Source: Balamuthia mandrillaris (lineage: Eukaryota). From it: a DNA stretch of 64,000 bases. Shown here in pieces: positions 24,311 through 48,631 of the stretch; positions within the stretch are counted from its first letter, which is position 1, and the number at the start of each line of letters is the position of its first letter. The notes beneath the pieces were generated by a model that saw only the letters and a program-made list of their open reading frames with translations, searched no databases and was not told where the DNA came from. Location: the NCBI GenBank assembly GCA_031835245.2, contig JAVKOQ020000009.1, positions 372,001 to 436,000 of the forward strand. Reading direction: 5' to 3'. The position numbers and the translations under genes were made by a program.

Positions 24311-26399
24311 ACATATGACAAATATGTATTCTTTCCATAAAAATTCATTCAATTGGCAGTAAAATTGATTCAATATAACAGTTTAAAAAGGTTTGTAAAT
24401 AAAGTCCTCTTTTTTAAGTTTGTAGATAAAAATTAAATAAAGGAAAAATTATTTTTTGAACAAAAAATTATTTTTTTGACAAAGCCACCATTCTGCCTTT
24501 ACACTTTTCCAAATTTTCCTAACAAAACATGAACTGGGTGTGTGCCATTGCAATGGCAATAGATCATTACCAGAATAATATGACAAGAGCAACAGCAACA
24601 ACAATGACAATGATAATAACAAAGACAAAGGTGATTGTGATAATGATGATAATGGTGATAGTGATGATGATGATGATAGTGATGGTAATGTTGATGCTAC
24701 TAAAAATGCATTCTATTCAAAGGTAAAAGGGAGTTGTTGAGAAAGAAGTGAATGACTCTTGCAGTTGTTCTACACAGAAGGACATCCTAAAGCAAAAAAA
24801 ATCCTCTATCAAATCTTGTTTATCAAGATCTGGAATGAAGACTACTACTTGTTAGTGATGATCTCAGGAGTAAAAGGAGTACGAGTGAGTGTAAGTGCTG
24901 TCAACGTGGGAGGAGTGTGTATACTTGTGAAAAAGTCATATTCTATGCCATCTTGGGTGCACAGGCTGGCTATTAAAGTGGAAGATGGTTGGGTCTGTAT
25001 AGTGTCTAAAGCCTGTGACTGTTGAGAAGGGACTAAGAGAGGTCAAGTAGGGGAACACATGTGTTGCTATGTATCACAACCATGTGTAGAAGGGGAAAAA
25101 GTGCTGATCTGTTTGGAGAAAGCTGCAAACCAAGGTGTCCCTTAGAGTTGCAATGTTAGCAAGAACGCCAATGAGTAAGTGTGACATAGAAGAGAGCAAC
25201 AAGGGAGGGGACACATGTGAAAAAGGTGTAAAAGAGCTATTGAAAGAAGAGTGAAAGGTAGAAGAGTGACCTAGTGTGGCTGTAAGGAAAAGCAACAGAG
25301 TTGTTGATTCATTCTTCTAAAGCCTTTCTAGTGTGCTTAGTACTGAAGGAAGCAGTGTGAGTGCTGTTCTCTGATCCCAAGACTGGAGTAGGTTGTGTGT
25401 AAGGGGAAAGAGTGAAGGAAAGAGATTTGAAGAGGGAAAGCTGTGCTGTTGTTTGTGTATGTAAAGCACAACTGGGCACAAAGAAACAGTGAGGCCCTTA
25501 GATTTTTTTCTTTTACAGATAAAAAAAAATTGCAGTAAAGACAAAATAAAGCTAAGATTGGCAAATAAAGCTAAGATTGGGATTAAAGGCAAATGCTGTT
25601 TTTAATATAAACAATTTTTGACAGTTAGCCATTAGCAATCTGCATCAATTGCAGAGAGCCATCTGAAAAGATAACTTTAACTAAGAGTAAACGGTGATTG
25701 TAATCAAACAACACCTTGATGGTTATTCAGTGAGAAAGACTCAGTTCAACATGAACCCAGAAACAATGTTGTTATCACTAATACACCATGACTGTTAAGA
25801 AGGGGCTTACACAGTATGAGTAGGGCCGGGAAGTTGCAAGGTAGCAGCAGTGTTGTATTGTTACTCTCTAGCAGCTGTATGCGTTTTAACAGCCCAAGCA
25901 GCTTTCTCTTTGGCCAAAGATGTAGGTCCAGTTTCTCTTTCAGATACAAATGTAGTGGGTATCATAACTAGGGGAAAAAGGCAAAAACTATTGATCTGTT
26001 TCAATGGAAAATGCAACCAGGGTATTACCCAGAATTTTTGCCTTGCATTATCTCCAATGAGTGTTGTAAAATAAGAACAGGAATGATGGCGGAGACAAAC
26101 TAAGTACGAGACCCGAACTTAATTTACTAAAAGTGAAGAGTACAAGTGATAGTAAAGTATCTTGTGTTTTGTTGTAAGTTGTTTTGAGAGGAAAAAGAAG
26201 AAGAAGCAAGGAGACGCAGTATTTAAGCTAGAACAATTATCCAAAAAAGAAGAACAGAGAATATCAGCATAAAAGGGCAGAGAGAGAAAACAACAAGAAA
26301 GGAGAAGTTCAAGAAAGGAGAAGTTGGACATCGAGAGGTTTCCTCAGGTCAACAGGCATGAGGGAGAGGTCGATAGGAAGAGAAGAAGGGCTATTATGT

Positions 26400-29300
26400 T
26401 GGAGTTTTCCAACATGAGCAGACAACAAATAGCATTCATCAAACGTTCTTTCCTTGGGTTGGTAATCACTATACTCCGTTGTTGTCCAACAGAACATCTT
26501 CCATTTGTCAAGTTATGTCATATCCATCCTCTTGTTCCTCTTTCTCCTTCGGCTGCATACTCCACCTTGGCTACTTGAGTGAAGGCCCTCATCCTCTTGG
26601 CTTCTGTTTCAACATCACTCGTCCCATCACCTCCCTCACCTTCTTTCTTCTCACCTTCCTCATCTCTTGCTTGGCTTATCTCTTCAAGTAGCTCAAAGAG
26701 GCCATCTTGCCTCTCATCTTGTCTTTCCAACTCACAGTAGGCCTTGATGGTCGACTAGCCCAATTCTGCTCTACAAACCCCTGCCACAGTCCTTTGATGA
26801 ACTTGCAATACACTTCTTGCTGTCTTATTCCACATATCCTAGCTTTGATCTTCTTCCACCATGATTTGGAAAGCTCAGTTATGCATAGTTCATATGACAA
26901 GGTAGCCTTGATAACAGCCTCTATAGCAATCTAGGCAGTGTACGTATCAAGGCCTTGAGTAATATCTCCCCCTATAGGGGGCTTGCTTTGCCTTGATGAT
27001 CCTCTCCTTGGCGTGAGTTGTCCATTTCCCACTTTCTTCAAACCACAGTCCCAGGTACTAGGCCTCCTTCACACGTTTCACAGCCTCCTCCTTAAGACTC
27101 CTAAGACTCCACTCTTGAAAATGAGCCTTCTTTCCTTGTACTAGCACCACTGATTTCTTTGCATTAAACTCTAAGTCCCAGAGCATTGTCAAGCATGTCA
27201 TATACCTTGCTGATATCCAACAGAGCAATATAGTTATGTTCTTTGCTTCTTTTCATCAGGCATTTCTTCAACTGCCACACTTCAATAAATGACTTCCCTT
27301 CCTTTTCTAAATACGCCCTGGCAATTACTTATCCCCCCTTGCTCTATGTTCAACTGTACCAAGATAGCTCCTTCAAATACCTTGGCTGCATTGCATAGGA
27401 GAGTAAGTAGTTTGGTGGATTCTGGGGATCTCCTGCCTTATGCAAGGGGATAACCACTCCCTGTTTTCACTCCTTGGGGAATATGCCTTGGTTCTCAATG
27501 GCCTGGATCAGTGTCCAAGTTGCATCTTGCACATGTTTACCTCTATACTTCATCATTTCCCTATCAATATTGTCCACACTAGCTGCATTGCCCACCCTCA
27601 ATGTTTTCCTCCATGCAAGATTAAAGCTCTCCTTCTTAAGCCAGTTACTGCCAGACCAAGTTGGTCCTGCTGGACCTGCTTCCTCTCAATGCAATCTCCC
27701 AATCCTTCCTTCCTAGCTTTGCCCAATGTTCCTTGAAGGCTGTTGTGCTACCTTGGTGCTCAATAACTGCTTTGGGCTCTGCTCTACGCTTTGCCACTAT
27801 CCTTCACATTTCTGCATTTCCTTGATGTTCTCTTGCCTCCTCCACCTCATCCAGTCCCATTTGTTGGCTCGTCACAACTTCACAAACCTTTTCCTGAGTT
27901 CCACAAATTCCTCTCTGGCCTTTCCATCATCCTTTCCTTCTCTTAGCCACTGACTATGGGCTTTCACTACCTGCTTATTCAAGGATGTTAACTCTGCTGT
28001 TCACTGTGGCCTCTTTGCCCTGCTCATTGTTGCTCCTGGCAGTCTCCTTTCTCTACCAAACCATCTCATTGCACTATTCCGCAATCCTTTTTTCCACTGA
28101 TACCTTATACTGATTATACAGAGGCAACTCTGTTCTGCCAGTTCCACTCAAGTGGAGTTGGGCATTTGTTGCTCTTTTCTTTCTCTGATGTTCCTCCTGA
28201 AGCTCTCTCAAATGAAGAAATCTGCGCCATCCCCTTCCATAGTCACTTCTCCCTGGAGCAGCCCCTCCACCTATCCATTGATATCCCTTTAGGTAAGGAG
28301 CAACCTTCCTTCTATGTTCACACACTCCAATAATGTCAAATTGCTTACTATCAGCCCAACAGCTGACCAATTCCTCTTGTCCCCAGCCCCTAGAGTTGTT
28401 GTAAAATAAGAACAGGAATGATGGTAGAGACAATGTAAGTACAAAAATTGAACTTAATTTACTAAAAGTAAAGAGTACAAGTGATTGTAAAGTATCTTGT
28501 GTTTTGTTGTAAGTTGTCCCAAGAAGAAAAAGAAGAAGAAGCCAGGAGAGGCAGTATTTAAGTTAGAAGAAAGATCCATAAAAGAGCAAAGCATAAAACA
28601 GAAGACAGAGAAAAAGGAAACATCAAGAAAGGAGAAGGGAAGTGAGAGGTTTCGTCAGGTAGACAGCAGGAAGGAGAAGTTTACAGCATATCATATGATT
28701 CCAATGAGCTGTCCAAAGCCACTGTTCCAATATTCTCCTCCTATTCCTTTCTCTTCTCCATATTTTTTTGCTCTTTAGGCTTCCTCAGCAGTTTGCCTTC
28801 ATTCTTGGCTTCTTTTGCCACCCACCAGTAGGTAAAAGCATACAGACTGGTTCTTTCCACAATAATGTCTTCAGCTGCCTGGGCCGTCTCCAAAGTAACT
28901 CCTCAATGCTGCATGCCATTCTTCTCTCCTACTTTCCACACACTAATGTGCTTAAGCCCCAGCTCAAAGATCCTTTCACATACCTTTTCTTTCTTAAGGT
29001 CCTTACTTCCCACCACAATCGATCTGCCCTCAACAGCCCCTACCTTAGAGTAGGGACTGGCAAAGCCATACTTTGGTTTTACTGTATACCAATAGTTCAG
29101 GTCAGTTACTGTATCTTTGGTCCACATCCTCCTGTACATGTTGGAGTTATCCTGCCAAAATATCCCTTGTTTTTTTACCATTTCTTCCTTCCAGTATTCC
29201 AAGCTTGGTGCACTAGCTGTAGTTGCTGTTGGAGGGAAATTCCTTTCTACAGTAATCATTTCACACTGCAGAGCTGATTTGTCCATGTCTGACTGTTGGG

Positions 29301-30450
29301 AACCTGGAGTAGGACCTCCTTTGCTACTATCTGTACTTCTTTTATTCTTCACCATTAGATTATTGATCTCCTGGTTGAGAGATTTAGTCAGGTCCCTACA
29401 ATCACTGTGAGTACGCCTGCCTCGGAGAACTTACCACACTTGCGAGAAACACTGCTGATACAATCAAACAACAATGCCACTTGACTGTTGGTTTGCTCCT
29501 TAACATCATCCACACTGACTGAGTCCGAATCAATCTTCCTCTCAGGCACTACACTGGTCCTTTCCTCTCAGCAGGGCAAATCCACTACTGAGTTATGCTA
29601 GTTCTCTATGCCTCTGTTATCCTTCTCCTTTTGGTTAACCTGGGGGGAAGGAATCTTGACTGTGGTAGTATTCAGGTGCCCATACTTTTCCACTACCAAC
29701 TTGAACATTTCCTCCAAAAACTGATTTAGCTTGTCCCCTTTGACAAAACAATTGGGGATCTTTGCCTCTTTTTGCACAGCTTGCAAAGCAGGCTTCCATG
29801 AACAATTACTGTTTAGGGTCCCCAGTCTAAGATGTTCCTTTATGGCCAGATCCACCCATTGATGTAGGACCTGTTTCCTCTCAGTGCTCTTGTGTGACAG
29901 TGCTCTATTTTTCTGCATTTTTCCCCCAACTTCTAACTAACAGTAAAATGTTAGTTCCCATCAAACAACAACTTGGTTTGGTGCCATGCCATCATTACTC
30001 CATAATAGTGTATAGCCATCTGCCACTTCCTTCCTCATTTCGTTTTCCTATTGCACAACAAGTGCGCAAATTGAACCGGAGTGAAATAGTTCAAAGGGGC
30101 CATCATCTTGCTTTTACTTGATGCACCTGGTTCATATTTTGTTAGAATAGTGTAAAGGTGGAATGGTGGCTTTTCTGCTTTATTAGTCACCTTCTATTAC
30201 TGTGGTAGGAATTCTCTTGCTCTTTTCTCTCTCTCTCTCACTAATATATCCTGAATCACTCCAGTAGTCTTATAACTTGTTATAATTTATCAACCTACCT
30301 TGCTTACAAGTGGGTCCCCTCTTTACCTTTCCTTTTCCTTCTTTCTTTCCTTCTTTTGTTCCTGCTAACCTCTCTCCTCTTCCCTCTTCCCAGGGAAGGC
30401 CAAGGGGAACAAGAACTGCAGGCGCTGTGTGTCATACTTTTGTTGTCAAC
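26400..30450 (-). mobile_element. Degenerate near-full-length LINE (family A): ORF1 remnant, spacer, APE endonuclease, RT with internal deletions
   Basis: Endonuclease start FLFYNNSRG...FDIIGVCE (28433-28074). RT motifs: ASVDNIDREMMK, GIFPKE*KQGVVIPLHKAGDPQNPPNY, LLDISKVYD, WDLEFNAKKS, YLGLWF. 26400-26520 matches 21260-21360. ORF1-like pieces at ~28700-30200. Confidence 0.85.
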
Positions 30451-31074
30451 TACAAAAGAGAAAAAGAGAAGACTCTGCATGACTCAACAATTGACTACAA
30501 GATGTTAGGGTGAGAGGGTTAATGTCAGCTTAATTGAAAAAGGAAAATTAAGGTAGGGTTTACAGACATTTTTTTGACAATAATAGTGCATTCATTGCTA
30601 AGCACAATAGCAAAAAAACAAAAAGAAAGAAACAATACCTGTGGTGAAGAAAGTCTCCGACTCAGCATTGATCCCTACCCTTTGAGGAGAAGAGAAAGAC
30701 ACTGCTCTTTAAGTGTTGTCTACTTGTGTTTGCAACCTCAATACCATCCTGTTGGAAAGGCCTAGAGGCAAAGATATTTTAAGTTAGTGTCTCAGTATTA
30801 CCAGATTTAAATCAAGTTTTACTTAAGGCATCTTCTCTTTGTTGCCTGTGCTGGAAACTCAGGATTTTTGTATTCTAAGGAAGGAAGAAACTATTTGTTT
30901 GTGAAGCCACATATATTTCTTTTCCTAAAAGGATGAACGAACCTATATTGAGGAACATTATGAAGCTTTTAAGCAATTTGCACAAAACTGTCTTTCAGCT
31001 CTTTGGCAGCAATACCAGAAATGGTTTGAGGTAAGTACTATTCTCTCCCTCTCTTTCTTTTTCCTCCCCTCCTT

Positions 31075-31350
31075 TCCTTTGTCCCTTTCTTGTTTCTCTG
31101 TCCCTCTGTCCCTCTCCTTGTCCTTCTGTCCCCCTGTCCCTCCATCCCTCTCCTCGTCCCTCACAGAGGAGCATGACAAGGAGCACAGAGGAGCATAACA
31201 AATAAGGAGAAGAATCACAGAGGAGCATCATGGAGAAGTGTCATGGAGGAGGAGTATAATGGAGGAGCATCAAAAGATGAAGCATCATGGAGAACAAGGA
31301 GCATATATAAGGAAGAGAAGGAGTGACAAGGAGCATATATAAGGAGCAAA
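31075..31350 (+). repeat. Degenerate (TGTCCC)n and GGAGCA-based minisatellite
   Basis: Repeated tgtccc units followed by many aggagca units. Confidence 0.7.
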
Positions 31351-31499
31351 CAAGAATAAACAGGAAAAAAAGAACCATTTTTCCTACCTATGTTGTCACA
31401 GAATGAACAATAACAAAAAACCCATCCTGAGGTTCAGTTCAAATAGTTTTATTCCATTGGACCGATTTTGGTAAGCAAATTAAGATATTACTAGTTATG

Positions 31500-32300
31500 C
31501 AATGGGGGAAATACAATGAGCTGAGTCTGCTAAAATGACAATATCATCAACATAAGCAATTATGGCAATATGTCTTCCTTTTCTCATGGTGTAACATGAG
31601 TTGAGGTTTGCAAGGAATTCTATGAAAAGGTTAGGAATATAATAGGAGGGATGTAAGGGAGTTGCCTTGTTTTACACCTCTTCAAACTGTGAAGAGAAGG
31701 AAGTCTCCATGTGAGATGATGACAGTGGTTATAGAGTCTTTGTAAATACCTCTAAAGATATCAACTGCTAAGTCCTCAAGTCCATATTTTGAGGGTTTTA
31801 AAAGTAGCTTCATTAGGGACAGAGGCAAATGCTTTTTGTATGTCTAAATATACAGTATGTAATGAGTGATTGTGGGAGGCTGGATCCTCAATAATACATC
31901 TCAGGGCAGTGATGTTTGAGTAGGTAGAATGATTTTTTCTAAAGCCAGATAGATAACTTGAAAGGATTTTTGCATTGTATAGTTCTTTCTCCAAGTGAGT
32001 TTAGTGTATATCTTACAGGTAATTGTGCAATAGGTCTGTTGTTCATTGGAAGATCAGGGTTGCCTTCTTTGAAGATTGGGCATATTTTTGTGGTGTTCCA
32101 TTCTTATGGGAGTTCTTTCTTTTTATGAACTTCATTAAGGGAGTCAAGGAGAGAGGAAAGGTTGTAGTTGTCTGTGAGTTTGAGAAGAGTAATTGTTGAG
32201 TAATTTTATACATGTTTTTAGTTCCTGAATAGTGAATGGGGCTATTATTTGGTTTGTTGCTTCTAGGTGCATTTTCTTTTGTATAAATTGCCATTAGTAG
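31500..32300 (-). pseudogene. Non-LTR reverse transcriptase remnant (family B)
   Basis: GFRKNHST, YLDIQKAFASV, RGVKQGNSL and AYVDDIVIL, with stops and frameshifts. Confidence 0.88.
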
Positions 32301-33118
32301 TTGTTATCAATATCATCAACTCATCCTTAGGTTTTGACAAAGCAAATGTTCAGAGTTTTAAAAGAAAGTGCTGATGCAATGTCCAACTCCGTACTTTTGA
32401 GAGGACCAGAGGAAGAAGAAGGAGGCATAAATATTATCTACCTGAGGGTTCCTTGGACAAAAATACCTACATCTTGCGGAGGAAGAGAATGAGGTGAACC
32501 AAGGAGACTGCGCTCATTCCCACTCTTATGCAGTTTAACTCCCTCTTCTCTTCTTCTGTCATAGCACGAAAGAAACTAACACAGGCCCTTGAACAGGCTA
32601 GCTCTTGGCATTCTGTTGCTGACAGGATACAACTATACCTTCATAACATCCTCTGAGGAACCAGCAGGCAGTTCAACAGGCCTCCTATGGTTGCCACCAG
32701 TCAATGCATAGGTGTTGGGCTATATGCACTTTCTTCCCCAATGAACAATATGGACTATACCAATTTGAGAGAACAGTCAGCTATGAAGATGAAGACCAAC
32801 TGAAACTTTGTGAATGATAATAGCCACTGCTTTGAACAAGTATTTGCAAACTTGCTCCGTGGTGAAAATCAGTGATCTGTGCATTGCAAACCAAAAACCT
32901 ATTTACTACTTTATATTAGCTCCAATCTCAGTGGAACCTTCTTGTTTATCTTTGTTTACCTCTGTTACTGGTAACATGAAGTCAATACCTCCTTTATAAT
33001 GGCTTCTGTTTAAAGCAATGTTGAAGATTCACTCTTGTTGTCCTTTCTTTATTCTTGGATCCACTTCTTGCCTCTCATCAACTCTTTTATTTCTACAGTT
33101 AGTTGGATTCCAACCAGC

Positions 33119-33230
33119 ATTTGCTCTGAGAGCAACAATAAATTACTTATACATAAAAAGTAAGCATTGTACATAAAATATGTACTCTTACTTCTCTTAC
33201 TCCCTTATCCTTGATGAGTTCCCAATTGTT
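33119..33230 (-). mobile_element. Diverged LINE family A 3' tail copy
   Basis: ttgctctgagagcaac...tatacataaaaagtaagcattgtacata...gtactcttacttctcttactccc matches the 18974 and 20663 copies. Confidence 0.8.
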
Positions 33231-33729
33231 ATTGTTATCTGGTTGAAGGTGAGGGTTTGGTTGGAATGAGTACAAATGGCTTGTTGTTTGAATTTGTATA
33301 AGAAAGTAAAATAAATAGCTAAAATTGTGCTACAAATCAAAATGATAATGATGGTGTCCCATTAGTCCAAAACAAAGAACTCTAATAAACTTTTTAATAG
33401 TCCAGCCTTTAAAAGAAGTATGGTGAGAAAAAGGAATGGTAATCCATGATGATGGAAGTGTATTTGTTAAGAGAAAATTAGACTTTTGTATAAAAGAATC
33501 CAGGGATCTTTTGCATTTTGTTTGTTATTACAAAGAGGAAAAAAAATTTTTGTTAAACTAATGTTATCAAGGATTATCAATGAGTATTGTAGCTACGTGT
33601 TGGGCATTTGGAAATTTGTTAACTAAACAAACTACAAATAAGTACTAAATGGAAAAATAATAAAACTTCCTAAAAGGAGATTCTTCTTTTTGTTTAAACT
33701 ATGTTATCACTTCAATGCATAAACAATTA

Positions 33730-35597
33730 TTATTCTATTTGATGTGTTTTAACAATACTGTAAGATTTAGTGCCTTCCTTTAATAACAATGAAAGAAGAC
33801 CAAGGTTCCAAAATTGAAGAGAGCCATCTTGATGGCCTGTAACAAGTAAGCTACTTCCCAAAAATGATTTGTCATAACACACACAAAAGGCACTAACATA
33901 AGAACCAGTGACAGAAGAAATTGACATTTGACTTTTTCCTGTTAAAACGTCAAAGATTTGTACCATCTCTTCTTTGACTAACAAAATGTAAGGACTTGTA
34001 GAAACTAATGCACCATCAGGAGAGCAAGAATAGGAGTTCATTTGTGTAACATCATAATTGTTCTAAACAATGTATAAGTGACAAGCATAATCACAACAAC
34101 AAACCGTTAACTAACTCAACACAAATATAAACACAAAAATAGATGCAAGTAGAAAACATACCCAACAGCGAACATGGCCTTGGTTGCACATGGAAACCAG
34201 TGTACGGTTACCAAGAGGTAGGAGTTCCTTGATAGGATGGATGTGCCCACTCAAAATGAGAGTGGACTGGCAAGGGCCACCAAACTCAGAAGAGGGAAAA
34301 TCCAACCGTCGAATGGTGCCTTTAGCAGTTCCATAAAATAAGGTTCGCTGTTCTCGATTAACTATAACAGTTATTTCTTCTCGTTCTGGGTCTCTAAAAT
34401 AGTCAGAGAAAAAATTAGCCAAAAAAAATCACAAGAAAATGCCCATGTTTTTACAAACCTGTACAGTTCTTGAAGGCATGTATTGTGGTTGTGTCCAATC
34501 ATTAATTGATAGACAACGCCTGCACTACAACACCACGAAGCCACATGGCCAGTATCATGACAAGCAACGGAGATACTGGCGGGTTGAGTGGATAAATTGC
34601 GAAGACTGAGGCTAGCTAAGCTGGCTATCACCACCTGACCAAGCTTGAAGTTCACAGCCACCAGATTTTGACCTTTCCTCACAAAGAAAAGCATATCAAT
34701 GCCTTGGTAGCACTTGGTCTCAATTTCACCGATCTTTTCTTGTTGGTTCCACACGTAGAGTGTCCTTCCAGCAAATATCGCAACAAACCATCTGCTGCCT
34801 TGTGCAAAAAGAGCAACCTTCTCCACTGCCTGCTTGCTGTGTACAGATGGCTGAGCCTGCCCCATGACAGTAGCTGACAATGTACTTACAGACGCCTCTG
34901 TTGATGAGCAGAGTGGCTGGGCCACTGGCAAACAAGGAAACATAATAAGAATATATACAAAGTGGCAAAGTGGGCATACAAACGGTAGGGTGAAATACAA
35001 ACCAGATGTATGCAGAAAGTAGTCACACTCAAACTCTTTTCGCCAACCTTGCTCTATGTTCCAGATATAGCCAAGCACATAACCATCTTCAAATACTACG
35101 ACAATGTGATTTTCCATTGCAACCATTTGAGTGACAGTGCTATGCCAGTCCTGCGTCATGTAGTTAAACCTTTCTCAGACCAATTGTCAGCTTTGCTCTA
35201 AATAGATTAGCACTAGAGAGAAGAAAAACAACGCACAACTTTCCTCCACAAGCATCACTATCCTCGGAATTAAGAGCCCTCACCACGGGTGTTACACAGT
35301 AGAAGTCAGCTTCCTGTTTCACAGCTTCGCGTGACATTGTCGGCGGAATGATCAGCTCTCCCGTTCGCATGAAGTTTAAAATGGGTTCAAAATACCGCCC
35401 TTCCCTATCTTTGGAGTAGCTAGTGAGACGCTTCTCAGTCGCGACACTGCTCCTGGTTGTGAAAGTCTGTTAAAATATGTACCTACAAAATATGCCCCCT
35501 CTTCGTCCAGAGTACTTGGGATATCTCCAGTCTGTTCCATTCAGGAGAGTAAGAGAACGACGAAGAGAAGAATAGAACAACGAAGAGCAAAGATGAG

Positions 35598-35635
<38 letters not shown>

Positions 35636-36112
35636 AACCATCAAAGCTGAAAAGAAAGAGCCGTTGGTCATGTTGGTAAGCGTGGCCTTAGTTGTGGTAT
35701 ATTTCCATCCACCAATGTTAAGTTTCACCAAAACCATCCTCTCTTGTTGCTGTTGCTTGTAACGAGCCTGCAACTCCATACTGCGCCGTCTTTGTCTGTC
35801 TTCCATTCGGTCTCTTTTGCTGGTACCAACGGTGCGGTGGCCATGTTTGCTGCCTCGGTTGTAGGATTTATGCTTGTGGTGTTGTTCCTTGGAGGTAACT
35901 AGGTTTTTAACGCCCCTTACGAGCGTTTCAGGGGAGGCCTCTTGGCTTGTCTCCTCCTCTGTTTCCGTTTCAGTCTCCGTTCCCTCCATCTCTTCTTCTT
36001 GTTCTTTCTCTTTCTCTTTTTCTCTTGATCTGTTGTTGCGCAGCAGCGGCACCTCTGGGAAGAGGCCCTCTTGTGGCAAAGACGCCTTGTTGTTGTGGGC
36101 TGAAGTTGCCAT
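33730..36112 (-). CDS. KCTD-type BTB/POZ (T1) domain plus WD40-like repeat protein (KCTD3/SHKBP1-like)
   Basis: VKLNIGGWKYTTTKATL, GAYFV/DREGRYFEPILNFMRTG, EADFY, then CGGKLF; C-terminal WD-like LVTGHQDGSLQFWNL. Confidence 0.85.
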
Positions 36113-36324
36113 TCTAACACCAATACAGCGTGGCGCCAGCTTGTTGGTAGTGTTGGTGTTTTCCTTGAGTGGAGGGCCACGCCCTCCCCCGCCCCACCAC
36201 AAAATATCCGCGGTGGGTGGGGGTGGCGTGGCAGCGTCGACAAAAAGAAAAAGGGAAAGCAAGCAGAAGAAGAAGCCGCGCCTGCTGGCTCTGTCAACTT
36301 TTGTGTGTAGCAACAGCAAGCTAA

Positions 36325-48169
<11,845 letters not shown>

Positions 48170-48631
48170 TTGCCCGCCAAATGTTTTACGGCAAGAAGGA
48201 GGAGGTCAGACCTGTTGGTTGGCTCCCTTGGGTATCAAGTTCAAGTCCCGAGCGTGCTTTCTTGTCTTTGCTGGCGAGCCGCCGTGACAAATTTCTTTCT
48301 TGGAAGGAATTCTTCTTGAGAAAGGGCTGGCTGGCTGGCTGGCTGGGGAGCCGCCATCAAATTTCTTTCTGCGTTGCCCCTCAGAGGATATTATTATATC
48401 ATTAATTAACCCGTTGATCGCTAATTGGGGTTTCTGCGTTGCCCCTCCTTCCTCCCCATACACTGCTTATCCGTTTTTTTCAGCAGCGGCGCCGAGGAGG
48501 AGAAGGAGGAGGAAAGTTGAGGTTGACAAATCCCTTTTGTCTGCTCGCTAGAAGAAAGACTGCCTTACCGTTTATTTGAAGAAAGAAAAGCTCTATCTTT
48601 GTGGCGTTGTTTTGCGGATTTTGCCTAGCAG

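Larger units (their letters stand above)
18600..33300. mobile_element. Gene-free island of decayed and nested transposons
   Basis: No intact spliced gene; many stop-ridden RT, endonuclease and integrase fragments; internally repeated segments; marked CpG depletion relative to the flanks. Confidence 0.9.

Noticed and set aside
24575..24700. Asp/Asn-rich or Met-rich ORF
   Set aside because: Degenerate (GAT/AAT)n simple repeat within the transposon island.
25100..25400. hAT-like transposase traces (STHTASF...ALEE, LCHTYSL) on the minus strand
   Set aside because: Motifs are too short and decayed to call without a profile search.
27460..27475. In-frame TGA at a conserved Trp of the RT, suggesting recoding
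   Set aside because: Host genes use TGA as stop and TGG for Trp; this is a decay mutation in a dead element.
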